A DNA stretch of 64,000 bases from Macrostomum hystrix (GCA_950097015.1 CATNEN010000038.1:25296001-25360000); one strand, 5' to 3'; counted from the first letter of the stretch, positions 40,093 through 50,714 are shown. Program-made: numbers and translations. The notes: generated from the sequence alone by a model not told the origin.

Positions 40093-40897
40093 TGTCGTAG
40101 GCTCCTTACTGATATCTTACAGCTGCCACTAAGTTGTCGTAGGCCTACCTTCTTAACTCCCACAGCTTTCACCAATTTGTCGTAGGCTCTCTCCTCTTTG
40201 GGTTAAATATCACCGATACTCTTTTATTAAATATTAAAAATTGCTTATTTCACACCTTGGATTACCCTTTGAAATAACTCTTAATTTCCCTTGTCTATGA
40301 CTTAGTTATTCTTCATAGGCTAGCTATGTATCCTCTTATTGCATATGCATATATTGTTTAACCTGGCCAGATAGGCTGCTTTCCTTCCAAAATTGGTAGC
40401 GTTCTCACGAGTGTCCGAGCGGCAAGACACTTCTTCCTCTCCTTACTTACTCACAACTGTCTGGCTCTCTGGTTTGTTCCCAGTCTTTCAAGGCTTCCAA
40501 TGGACTGAAGTTGCCCAACTTTGCACACAGTGCTATTCCACCAATCAGGATTTTACCCTCAGCTCTTTAGTTTTACACTCTACTACGGCTTTTTATAACT
40601 ATCTCCTTCTTTATTCTTTCGAATGTTCACCAACTTGTGTATTATCACAGACCTGCTTTTCTCCTTCTCTCTAAAATAATTGAATTCAAACACTTTGAGA
40701 TTTATTCTCCTTTGTTTTCTCAGAACTGGGCACGGGGCACCGGTTGGGGCTTTTTGGGTTAAACTGCGTCTATATTTATAGCAAAAATTGGGGCGGTTGG
40801 TGCAACACATTAAAACAAACCAAAAATATAAAACTGAGGAAAAGCATTTGGCGGGAATTCAACTTTAAGAATATACGATAAATTTGGGCCTGCCTCA
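40093..40897 (-). repeat. 3' LTR
   Basis: No difference from 48068-48872 seen by eye; preceded on the minus strand by the PPT AGGGGAAGCCAGT (40898-40910). Confidence 0.95.
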
Positions 40898-41082
40898 ACT
40901 GGCTTCCCCTATATACATTTTGGAATAAGACACGCATGACAAAATTTATAATAACAATAGCCTACACAAAATAAAACGGATAGCAAAATAGCATACAAAA
41001 TAAACGGGTAGCAGAAAAATTTTTTAGAAAAGTAAAATACAACACCAAATAAAACGATTAAAACACGATCAAATTGTCCTTT

Positions 41083-42225
41083 TTAAGAAAAATAACAGTC
41101 TTCAGGCAATCTCTCGTTGCGGGGCCAACCGACCGTACTCGCCATCCACCTCAACTCAATGTTGAGGGGGATGCGGTTTACCGGCAGTGGACTGCGGTTG
41201 ATTACTTTTCGCGCATATTGTACAGCCCTTTTCCAGGCGGCTATACAATGGCTCCGGGCGAACTTCTCGCATAGAACACGCATAGCGGAATAGATTGCGG
41301 CCCGCTGCGGATATCGCCGATCATTGTTGTACAGTCCGGCATCCAGGATGTAGCCCTTCAGGTGACGGATGAGCCGCGTGTAATGCTCGTGTTGGGCCTG
41401 AGGAATTTCCGCCATTATTCGGGCGAATTCTTCCCGATTCTCCGCGGGCTCCATATCGATGTCCTCATCTGATTCTGGTCGCTGCTGCGGCTGTGGCGAC
41501 TGCTGCAGTGGCTGCTCTTGCTGCAACGGCTGCTGCGACGGCTGCAGCTGCAGCTGCTGCTGTGATGACTGCGGCTGTGCCGGCTGCGAGGACTGCGAGG
41601 GCTGCGGCTGCGACTGCGGTTGCGGCTGTTGCTGGAAGTCTGTCCTGTATTGGTACTGGATTGGTACCCTCTGCGCCTTTGGTGCTATGTGCCGACCCTT
41701 AGGCGGTGGCTGCGGCTGCGGAATCGGCTTCGGCGCTATCGACCGCTGTCCGGCAGCTCGTCGACCTGGCTCCTGGCTTGGTGTACTGATGACTTTGATG
41801 GTTCTGGCCACCTCCGTGGGCATATTTTGAGCCTTCTCCAATGCTGCCACTGGTGCGATTGACTGCTGTCGGAGTTGGTTTACCCTTGCGGTGGCATCGA
41901 GGAAAACCGGTAGCCTTGAACTCGGCAGTTTCCTCTTACTCGCGATTTCTTCTTGCATCGTGGTGGCAGCTCGCTTCTGGCTGTTTGCCCTCGATTGCTG
42001 ACCAACCATAGACGGTTGCGTCCTCTGCCGCAATGGCGCCTCGAGTTCTTCCGACTCATCGATGATCACTTGAATAATATCTTCTTCGTCATTATCGACT
42101 CTTTTCTCCTTATCCTGCTTCACTCTATCCGGCTCAACATTCTCATTATCCGAGAAATCTACAGTCACAGCTTCTAACAGCTTCTCAAACTCACTTACGC
42201 TCATAGCTTCACGATCTTGCTCCAT
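41083..42225 (-). CDS. Retrotransposon accessory ORF3 (about 380 aa from ATG 42225), not env-like; acidic N-terminus, Q/P-rich linker, C-terminal region of about 115 aa that may be folded
   Basis: Uninterrupted ORF between pol and the 3' LTR, same strand as pol; no signal peptide or TM segment apparent. Confidence 0.75.
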   Translation of the reverse strand: MEQDREAMSVSEFEKLLEAVTVDFSDNENVEPDRVKQDKEKRVDNDEEDIIQVIIDESEELEAPLRQRTQPSMVGQQSRANSQKRAATTMQEEIASKRKLPSSRLPVFLDATARVNQLRQQSIAPVAALEKAQNMPTEVARTIKVISTPSQEPGRRAAGQRSIAPKPIPQPQPPPKGRHIAPKAQRVPIQYQYRTDFQQQPQPQSQPQPSQSSQPAQPQSSQQQLQLQPSQQPLQQEQPLQQSPQPQQRPESDEDIDMEPAENREEFARIMAEIPQAQHEHYTRLIRHLKGYILDAGLYNNDRRYPQRAAIYSAMRVLCEKFARSHCIAAWKRAVQYARKVINRSPLPVNRIPLNIELRWMASTVGWPRNERLPEDCYFS

Positions 42226-42297
42226 TTCGGAATTTGCTTGCTTTGTCAATATGACTTCTCTCTCACTCTGTATGTTTGTTTGCCTTCCCAGGGCACT

Positions 42298-42380
42298 GGT
42301 TTATATAGGCGTGAGGCTGACGCGCATCATTGTGTCTCTGATTTCATTGGGCTATACTGGCTTATCCTTGACCCTATTGG
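42298..42380 (-). promoter_or_regulatory. Putative internal promoter for ORF3 (TATATAAA plus two CCAAT boxes)
   Basis: Minus-strand TATATAAA at 42307-42300; CCAAT at about 42350 and 42380. Confidence 0.4.
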
Positions 42381-42499
42381 ATCCCTACTTGATTTCAATT
42401 AACCCCTACCTAATTGACTGGAAGTGGCTAACCCCTACTCCCTTTCTATCCCTTGCACGTGGTTTCCTTGTGTTACTATTGCGTCACCCCAATCTCTGC

Positions 42500-45400
42500 C
42501 TAGATCTGTAAATTCCCTAGTATACTGAACACGGTGGCAAGCCTCTGCAAATAGCCTTCAAACCTCGCGGGGGGTCTGATTTGTCTGCGCGGACGGCTTG
42601 TCACTCCTTCCCTTTCTTCATTCTGTGCAATGTACATGCCTCCTTCTGAGGTGGCTGTCGCCAGACCCTCAGCTGTCCCTTCGCTTTCGCTCTCCTCTTC
42701 ACTGCTCGTAGCCTCAGGCTCGGTGTGTGATTCATCCTCAACTTCTATCTCAGCTCCTAGTTCCAAATCTTCTCCATTAATTTCACTTGGATTCCTCCTA
42801 AAGTGGCATTGCCATTCTAATCTGTCTTCTTCCTCTTCGGATTCAACTTCATCTGTTAGAACAGATCTTCCCTTCTCCTTCGGCTGGCTTCCCCTAACTT
42901 TGACCTCTGTCTTCTTAGCTTTCTTCTCTGGTGCGGCCTGGCTTCCCCTAATTAATTCCTCTTGGGTCGAATTAGGCACAATAGTTATGTTGTCTCTGTG
43001 GACAATCATGACATTGCCCACTAGTTGTCCTTGCTCCTCCTTTTGCACACGAAACACTACATCTGAGATTTGCTCTATTACTCTGAAGGCTGATCTCTTT
43101 TTCCTATGAAATTTGTGAGATTCCTCACTGTCCAACTGTGGATTATTAATCAACACAAGACTTCCAACTGGGACTGTCTTAGGCAATTTGCTGTTTTTCG
43201 CAGACTCTTGTCTGTTACTGACAACCTTCTCCAATTTTCTTTTGACAATGTCTCTCGCAATCTTCAATCGTTCGGCATGTTCTGTCACATAAGATGGATA
43301 ACTGGCGAATGACTTTGGTTGGCTGATTTGACTGTCCATAGGCAATACTGCTTCCCGTCCAAATAACAGGTAGTGGGGAGTAAAGCCTGTGGTTTTGTTT
43401 ACACTAGTGCGGACAGCAACTAATGCAGCTGGGATCATAAGGTCCCAATCACTGTGATCTTTCTCAATGAGACAAGTTACTATTGATTTAATTTGCTTGT
43501 TAAATCTCTCCACCAATCCATTGCTTTGGGCATGGTAGGGTGTTGTAAACGTATGCTTCACGTTATACATTTCGCAAAAAGCTTTGAACTGCTTGCTAGC
43601 GAATGCCTTGCCATTGTCTGTGTGTAACCACTGACATTGCCCATACTCTGCGAAGATTCTTTCCTGTAAGATTTTGATCACAGTATCTGACTTTTGATTT
43701 CTAGTTGGGAATGCAAACGGATATCGAGTGGTGCTATCCACAATAGTTAGGACATATTTGTGCCCTCTTTTGCTCTCTTTGGATAGTGGTCCTATAAAAT
43801 CGACATGCAGGCGGTGAAAAGGTTCACTTATAGGGAACGATTGCACTGGCGCCTGAATCGGGTTTCCTCTCTTGCTTTCCAGGCACGGAATACACTCTGC
43901 GATATGAGCTTCCACTGCTTTGACCAATCCTGGTCTCCAAAATCTCTGCCTGACACGTTGAATTGTTTTATCGCGTCCCAAATGTCCTGCTAGTGGGCTA
44001 TCATGCAGATCGCTGAGAACTAGCTTATCCAAGGACTGGGGCAGTACAACTTTCCAACTGTCATCTTCGCTAATGATTAGCATCTCATTCTCTATCTTCA
44101 TATCCTCAAAGGATTTCCTCATCTTCTTCAATTCTGGGCTGACAATTTCAGGTAACTGGGGATTGTTCTCTCCTGATTTCTTCCATTCAATTAGCACTTT
44201 AATTACTGGGTCATCTCTTTGTGACGCAATAATTTGCTCTCGTTTCAATGGGCTGGGTAAGAAATCGGTCAATAACTTCTCGCACTTGCTACTTGTTGCT
44301 TGCAGCATATTCTCACTCTCAATAGGATTAAATTCTTCAGGAACTGGACTCGGAAGCGGAATGCTGGAGTCATCTTCAGGTTCACTGGGAATTCTCACCT
44401 CTCCTTGTCCTGAGATAGTAGACTGGATCCTGCTATTGGGATCTAACGTCTTTTTCTCTCCTTCACTTAGGGCAGTCTGGGGCTGTGTCAAGCTATATAA
44501 GCTATCATTAGCCTTGACTTCCTGTCCTGACTCTTCCATTACACTGCAGCTTTGCACTATCGGCTCAACAACTTGCTCTGCTTCAGGGACATCAGCTGGT
44601 CTTCTTGACAGACTGTCAGCGTTCTGGTTCTTTGCACCGCTTCTGTGTTCTATATCGAACAAGAATTCGTTTAGGCGCTCAACCCACCGACCAAGAATTC
44701 CTTGAGCTTCTGTTTGCCTTAACAGCCAAATTATCGCCTTATGATCCGTTCTTGCCAAAAACTTCTTGCCTAACAGGTAGAAACGGAAATGCCTCATGGC
44801 ATCCACTAGGGCTAAGAGTTCTTTTCTAGTGATAGGGTAGCGTTTTTCCGACTCTTTCATAGCTCGGCTGAAATAAGCTATGGGTCTCTCTATGCCATCT
44901 GATTGGATCTGGCTAAGTACAGCGCCAATACGGCTATCACTTGCATCGGTATCCAATACCATCTTCACCTTCTCATCATCCACAAATTCGGGATACGCTA
45001 AGACTTCAGTGGACATCATCCGGTTCTTTAGCGACTCAAACGCTTCGTCTTGCTCTTTGTTCCATCTCTCTTGAAAGTTCTTAATTCCTTTCCTTGTTAA
45101 CTGGAAAAGGGGATGGGCGGCTTCTGCATAGTTTTTAATGAAGCGGCTATAGTAATTACATAGGCCAAGGAAACTGCGCAACTCTTTTACATCTTTTGGC
45201 TTCGGCCAGGTCTTAATAGCTTCAATCTTCGTCTCATCCGTACGGATACCTTCTGTACTGATCACATGTCCTAAGTACTTTAACTCTCTATGAAAAAGGT
45301 TACATTTCTTTGGCCTTAGCTTCAATCCTGCGATTATTAATCTCTTGAACACTTCCTTTAGATGGGAAAGGTGGTCATTAAAGTTCTTCGAATAGGTAAC

Positions 45401-47104
45401 TATATCGTCTATATACGACATAGCAAATTGATGTTGAATCCCTAAAAGTACAAGATTCATGAGCCTCTGGAAGGTTCCTGGGGCATTGGACAAACCTTGC
45501 GCCATAACCTCATACTCAAACTGGCCTCGGGTTAAAGTAGAGAAGGCGGTCATGAACTTGTGTTCTTCCTTTATCGGCACCTGCCAATAACCAGAATTCA
45601 AATCGAGACTACTAAAGTACTGACTACCAGATAAATAGGTGAAAGTCTGATGAATGTTAGGAAGCGGATACGGAACATAGTTCACCTTCGAGTTTAACAC
45701 TCTAAAATCGCTCACAATCCGTATGGATCCGTCCTTTTTCGGCACAATGACTAGTGGTGTAGAATAAGTTGAATAACTGGGCCTGATTAAATTTTTAGCC
45801 AACATGTCATCCAACTGTGTGTCGACTTGCTTTTGGAGATGGGGTGGTATTCTCCTAGTTGGGATCCTCACGGGAGTCTCATCCTTCAGTGAGATCTCAT
45901 GTGTGATCAGATGGGTTAAACCCATATCCAACTCATTCTGTGAAAAAGCTTCACGATGCTCTTTCATCAATTCAATCACTGACTTCCTTTGATCATCGGT
46001 AAGATCTTGACCAATCTTGACCTCATGGATCCACGCATCTTCCACAGTCTGTGTCTGATTGACTCGTCCGGTAGGTTGACTGACTACTTCTTTTTCGGCT
46101 TCGAAATATTTCAACTCACTTGCCTTCACTGGTTTGGCTAGGCCTACCAATGTTGACTTCGACAGCTTCACCTCAACTGAATTGTTATTCACAATCTCCA
46201 CAATGGCGGAACCTTCTCGCATTGTGACTAGAGTGGGAGCCATCTCGACTGTCAATTCTTTGGCTTTTACGCCTTCGCCAATCATACTCACTGTCATAGG
46301 TGTTCCAAAATTGCACTCGGCATCTCTCGCCAATCTCACTGGGATTCTCAATGCACTATTTGCAGGAATCACTACTTTCTCCTGAGTATACACTCTGCAT
46401 ACTTTTACAGGTAGATGAGTGAACTGCATAGGAATGCTTGCTCCTTCATTTAGAATCAACATGCCTTTAGCAAGATGAATGCTATCACAATGTCCTAGGA
46501 AAAATTCCATTCCTAAGATATTGTCGCTCTCATGTCCACACAAAAGGAATTCTATTTCTATCTGGATGTCTCCGAATCTAACTGGAATACAACTCTCGCC
46601 TTCCAATTGTACTCTGGTTCCGTCGAAAGTAGAGACTCGCTTGTCTGTACTCCTTATCTGTTCTGGCTTAAGTAATTTTGACCAAATAGATTTGCTCAAA
46701 AAGCTGTTCCTAGCCCCTGTGTCTAGGATAAAATTAATTTCCTGATTCTTAAATTTTCCTACAATTACTGCTTCAAATCCTTCAGGTTTAATAAGTTCTA
46801 GTTTAGAATTAGAAACAAAAACTTTGCGTTTGTTCTCACGTGTCCTTGAGTACTTTCCAGATGTTGCGGCGGCTGATCTCGGTGCTGATACTTCGGAAGC
46901 TGGTTCCTCCAGGATTGACATGCAGGGGGCTGACGCAATGGTTGCTGATACAGATGCCGCTGACGCAGGGTAACTCGATTGCTTTTGTGCATTGCGCAAA
47001 TTCGACGACTGGGCTTGGTATCGCCGATTCTTAGAGGCCTGAGGTTCGAATCGGGGTTTACTAGAGGGGCGCGGCCTCGACTCTCGTCCCTCGATATTCA
47101 GTTT
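42500..47104 (-). CDS. pol: Gypsy Pol (protease, RT, RNase H, integrase), expressed by -1 frameshift from gag
   Basis: Motifs ILDTGA, LDLNSGYWQ, YIDD, DTDAS, H-x6-H...CIPC and HVDFIGP...TDNG...GLVER. The -1 frame is open from the slippery site into the 1499-aa ORF. Confidence 0.95.
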   Translation of the reverse strand, partial: KLNIEGRESRPRPSSKPRFEPQASKNRRYQAQSSNLRNAQKQSSYPASAASVSATIASAPCMSILEEPASEVSAPRSAAATSGKYSRTRENKRKVFVSNSKLELIKPEGFEAVIVGKFKNQEINFILDTGARNSFLSKSIWSKLLKPEQIRSTDKRVSTFDGTRVQLEGESCIPVRFGDIQIEIEFLLCGHESDNILGMEFFLGHCDSIHLAKGMLILNEGASIPMQFTHLPVKVCRVYTQEKVVIPANSALRIPVRLARDAECNFGTPMTVSMIGEGVKAKELTVEMAPTLVTMREGSAIVEIVNNNSVEVKLSKSTLVGLAKPVKASELKYFEAEKEVVSQPTGRVNQTQTVEDAWIHEVKIGQDLTDDQRKSVIELMKEHREAFSQNELDMGLTHLITHEISLKDETPVRIPTRRIPPHLQKQVDTQLDDMLAKNLIRPSYSTYSTPLVIVPKKDGSIRIVSDFRVLNSKVNYVPYPLPNIHQTFTYLSGSQYFSSLDLNSGYWQVPIKEEHKFMTAFSTLTRGQFEYEVMAQGLSNAPGTFQRLMNLVLLGIQHQFAMSYIDDIVTYSKNFNDHLSHLKEVFKRLIIAGLKLRPKKCNLFHRELKYLGHVISTEGIRTDETKIEAIKTWPKPKDVKELRSFLGLCNYYSRFIKNYAEAAHPLFQLTRKGIKNFQERWNKEQDEAFESLKNRMMSTEVLAYPEFVDDEKVKMVLDTDASDSRIGAVLSQIQSDGIERPIAYFSRAMKESEKRYPITRKELLALVDAMRHFRFYLLGKKFLARTDHKAIIWLLRQTEAQGILGRWVERLNEFLFDIEHRSGAKNQNADSLSRRPADVPEAEQVVEPIVQSCSVMEESGQEVKANDSLYSLTQPQTALSEGEKKTLDPNSRIQSTISGQGEVRIPSEPEDDSSIPLPSPVPEEFNPIESENMLQATSSKCEKLLTDFLPSPLKREQIIASQRDDPVIKVLIEWKKSGENNPQLPEIVSPELKKMRKSFEDMKIENEMLIISEDDSWKVVLPQSLDKLVLSDLHDSPLAGHLGRDKTIQRVRQRFWRPGLVKAVEAHIAECIPCLESKRGNPIQAPVQSFPISEPFHRLHVDFIGPLSKESKRGHKYVLTIVDSTTRYPFAFPTRNQKSDTVIKILQERIFAEYGQCQWLHTDNGKAFASKQFKAFCEMYNVKHTFTTPYHAQSNGLVERFNKQIKSIVTCLIEKDHSDWDLMIPAALVAVRTSVNKTTGFTPHYLLFGREAVLPMDSQISQPKSFASYPSYVTEHAERLKIARDIVKRKLEKVVSNRQESAKNSKLPKTVPVGSLVLINNPQLDSEESHKFHRKKRSAFRVIEQISDVVFRVQKEEQGQLVGNVMIVHRDNITIVPNSTQEELIRGSQAAPEKKAKKTEVKVRGSQPKEKGRSVLTDEVESEEEEDRLEWQCHFRRNPSEINGEDLELGAEIEVEDESHTEPEATSSEEESESEGTAEGLATATSEGGMYIAQNEEREGVTSRPRRQIRPPARFEGYLQRLATVFSILGNLQI

Positions 47105-47107
47105 CCC
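47035..47107 (-). other. -1 ribosomal frameshift signal: G GGA AAC plus predicted H-type pseudoknot
   Basis: CAG GGA AAC TGA ends gag. Stem 1 GAGGGACG/CGCCCCTC (one mismatch); stem 2 GAGGCC/GGCCTC. Confidence 0.8.
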
Positions 47108-47997
47108 TGATATCGGTACTGCTGCTGCTGCTGTGAGCTCTTGCAGTACTTGGCAATATGCCCAACTTTGTTACAGTTAAAACATGTCGGCGGAGGCCTC
47201 GACTGTTGCTGCGGCTTCAGATACGTCTTCGGCTGCATGAGCGGCTGAGGTGTTACTTTCTGGCATTCAGCCTTCCTCCTTTCCTGAATCAGGTCTTCAA
47301 TCAGCTTCTTCTGCTTATTGATTTCATACTTCTGCCTCTCGATGGTCTCCTCCATCTTCTTATTCCGATCCTCATCGACTTGCTCGTCTTTTACGACTCG
47401 TACTCCATTCTTGTGCGACATATGCCACGCTGCTTCGATGCGTCTCAACATCCTTCTAGCCTCTTGCAGGCTGGCTGGCTGTGCAAATATTAACTTTTCC
47501 CTAGTGACGGAAGGGATTCTCGCTCCTTTAATGAACTGCTCTACTACTTCCTCCTCCCTTTGTTCTGCATTCATATTGGGGAATGCTTGCGCGGACAACT
47601 CAATCAAGGCATCTGCGAATGAGTCAACGGGCTCATTCCTCCCTTGCATTCTACCTCTAAATTCCTCCCTAAACTCGGCTGAGCTTCCTAGTCTTCCGAA
47701 TCTTTCGATTAGTCTTTCCTTCAACTCCTCATACGTTAAGTCTTCTGGCAGATTCAACCGCTGAACGGCTGCAAATGCAGTCGCGAGGTCTAGATTAGCT
47801 AATAGCTCATTCTTCCTATGTTCATCCTGTTCTAATCCTTCATTGTCGCATCTCTGATCGAATGCTGTAAGCCAAATTCTAATGTCCTGGCTAGGTGTGT
47901 ACTTTTGGATCTTTACGTGTCTCATGGGTCCTAATTCTAGTCTGTTTCTTAGCTCTTCGGCTAACAAGCCAATAGCATCATTAATTCCTGCGGCCAT
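47098..47997 (-). CDS. gag: Gypsy Gag with CCHC zinc knuckle (299 aa)
   Basis: CFNCNKVGHIAKYC; capsid-like QGRNEPVDSF..L..L..AFP motif. Confidence 0.93.
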   Translation of the reverse strand: MAAGINDAIGLLAEELRNRLELGPMRHVKIQKYTPSQDIRIWLTAFDQRCDNEGLEQDEHRKNELLANLDLATAFAAVQRLNLPEDLTYEELKERLIERFGRLGSSAEFREEFRGRMQGRNEPVDSFADALIELSAQAFPNMNAEQREEEVVEQFIKGARIPSVTREKLIFAQPASLQEARRMLRRIEAAWHMSHKNGVRVVKDEQVDEDRNKKMEETIERQKYEINKQKKLIEDLIQERRKAECQKVTPQPLMQPKTYLKPQQQSRPPPTCFNCNKVGHIAKYCKSSQQQQQYRYQGN

Positions 47998-48044
47998 ACC
48001 GTTATCTTAACTTTTAACTGACTGTGTGCTTTAGCTGGATTCCA

Positions 48045-48064
48045 ATCCTTTACCGCTGACACCA
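48045..48064 (-). other. Primer-binding site, tRNA-Leu-like (TGGTGTCAGCGGTAAAGGAT)
   Basis: Starts 3 nt inside the 5' LTR end with TGG; resembles the complement of tRNA-Leu 3' ends (TGGTGTCAG.../TGGTGGCAGCGGT...). Confidence 0.75.
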
Positions 48065-48067
48065 AGT

Positions 48068-48872
48068 TGTCGTAGGCTCCTTACTGATATCTTACAGCTG
48101 CCACTAAGTTGTCGTAGGCCTACCTTCTTAACTCCCACAGCTTTCACCAATTTGTCGTAGGCTCTCTCCTCTTTGGGTTAAATATCACCGATACTCTTTT
48201 ATTAAATATTAAAAATTGCTTATTTCACACCTTGGATTACCCTTTGAAATAACTCTTAATTTCCCTTGTCTATGACTTAGTTATTCTTCATAGGCTAGCT
48301 ATGTATCCTCTTATTGCATATGCATATATTGTTTAACCTGGCCAGATAGGCTGCTTTCCTTCCAAAATTGGTAGCGTTCTCACGAGTGTCCGAGCGGCAA
48401 GACACTTCTTCCTCTCCTTACTTACTCACAACTGTCTGGCTCTCTGGTTTGTTCCCAGTCTTTCAAGGCTTCCAATGGACTGAAGTTGCCCAACTTTGCA
48501 CACAGTGCTATTCCACCAATCAGGATTTTACCCTCAGCTCTTTAGTTTTACACTCTACTACGGCTTTTTATAACTATCTCCTTCTTTATTCTTTCGAATG
48601 TTCACCAACTTGTGTATTATCACAGACCTGCTTTTCTCCTTCTCTCTAAAATAATTGAATTCAAACACTTTGAGATTTATTCTCCTTTGTTTTCTCAGAA
48701 CTGGGCACGGGGCACCGGTTGGGGCTTTTTGGGTTAAACTGCGTCTATATTTATAGCAAAAATTGGGGCGGTTGGTGCAACACATTAAAACAAACCAAAA
48801 ATATAAAACTGAGGAAAAGCATTTGGCGGGAATTCAACTTTAAGAATATACGATAAATTTGGGCCTGCCTCA
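48068..48872 (-). repeat. 5' LTR
   Basis: TGAGGCAGG...CCTACGACA on the minus strand; TATA-like CTATAAATA near 48755; AATAAA near 48200. Confidence 0.95.
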
Positions 48873-50714
48873 AAAGTATTTACAAAAAAATGTGCTATTA
48901 ACTAAACACGCGCAAAAATGCTAAATTAAGTTAACTAAACGCGAGTAGATTCATAAAAACAATAATATAACGATAACTACAACAGAAAATTTTCGTGCAT
49001 GGGCCTCGTACTTCTCAACAATATAAAAAGGAACTATATCCATGTTTATGCGATTCAACCACTTTTATGTCGATTCCCAAGATTATGATCTCAATAAGTT
49101 ACTCTATACGGCTTATCAAATTGCTACCTCACTGTTGTCAATGTATTGTGTTAGACACCATTATCGTTAGAAAGAAAAAAGAAATATTTCTTTGAAATTA
49201 AATACAGGCACTGCAAAAAATTTTAATGCTAATATAATGTCTGTACAACACGTATATAATAGTCTTCAAAGCTTTAATTTACTTCTTTACGTTGCCTTTT
49301 TGTTATATTTGACATTAAAAACGTACTTAGTAGTTTACTTTGCATATTGACAACGCCGCCACCCGAATGATCTACATGACGACTAAAATTTGATTTTAGA
49401 ACTATAACAAGATTTTCATTTCTAGTATATAAGATGTGACTGGTGCAAATTCTTGAAACGTAAGTTTGGTTACATTAACCTACATTAGTTAAGTAATCAG
49501 ATAAGTTGATGATGAAAACACGTCACGTAGTTAAAACAAAAAAATCAGTTCATAACTTCTTGAGCAGTTTTGCTACGAGGACACTGACAGTTTGTGTCGA
49601 TAGTTTTAAGAATTCTTAAGGCTTGTGACGATTTATTTCTAAAAAATTAACTGCAGCTAGCGCCCTAAAAGGGCGATACAAAATAAAATCTTGCAATAAA
49701 ACTAAATTATAACCGAAATTCTAAAACAAATATTGACCTATAAAATCGATAATTATTTGATAAGAACGCGATTAACAAAAACAAAAAAAGTACAGAAAAG
49801 CAAGTGCAGCTACAAACTTAAAATTAGCAACTAGAAACAAAAATAAACCTAAAACTTTAGATTTTCTAAATATCTATTTAGTACATTGACGTAAAACTAG
49901 ACAAGCACACAGCCAAATTTCAACAGTGGAGAAACAATCATTTTAGACACACGTACGAAAAAATAAAACTATGTGCATGCAATATGCTACTTAGAATTGT
50001 TTATTGACATCCATATATAGTTGTTAGTAAATATTTATACCAAATATTAAAAACTCAAAAAATGTATCTTTAATTAAAGCTGTATTAAATAACCGGTAAA
50101 AAATAATTTAAAAAACCGAAATAGTTGATCGTTGACAAACCTACAAGAGCCGATATGTATAGAAAATCAATTGTAGTCAAGAAAAATAGTGCACATTGGA
50201 CAGTGAAAGCGCCACCTCCCTTACAAGAACGGAAAGCAACAAAAACATTCTCGAATGAATTTGAGTGCTTAGTGTGGGCGCCTGTAAAAAACTTAAAAAT
50301 ATTTAAAAAAATAAGACATAATAAACTGACTAATGAGAAAAATAAAACACTGAGGCTGGAGAACAGTCAAGACACTGACTACAGAGCACGGTAGAGTTAG
50401 TAAAATATTGAAAACAATAATTGCGTTGCCAACTAAACTACAACCGAAAGATGTTATAAAACAGAAAGATTTGGTTTATTTCGCTTTTTACTTGTACTCT
50501 GCAGTCTGCAAAAAATGCAGAAACTAAAATAAGTTGCTTACAAAAATAATGATCCATTGGTTCACTCATTGCGACACACTCTCAGAAATTCCTAATGAAA
50601 AAATTTCCAGAACAATTTGGATCAACTTCATCGTACTGAGAAGATAGATTTCAAGTGCGGGAAAATTCTTAGGTAGGACATCAATGAGGGATTCTGAAGC
50701 GGGGAAAAATTTAG

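Larger units (their letters stand above)
40093..48872 (-). mobile_element. Full-length Ty3/Gypsy LTR retrotransposon (8780 bp)
   Basis: Two 805-bp LTRs (TG...CA) at offset 7975; TSD AAAG at 40089-40092 and 48873-48876; PBS, PPT, gag, pol (PR-RT-RH-IN) and ORF3. Confidence 0.97.

Noticed and set aside
40393-40810. Small ORFs in the LTRs (also 48368-48785)
   Set aside because: No recognisable motifs; duplicated only because the LTR is.
41459-41830. Cys-rich metallothionein-like ORF on the plus strand
   Set aside because: Antisense shadow of the CAG/CCG/TCG codons in the ORF3 Q/P/S tract; no independent support.
42630-47764. Plus-strand ORFs overlapping gag/pol
   Set aside because: Antisense shadows of long coding frames.
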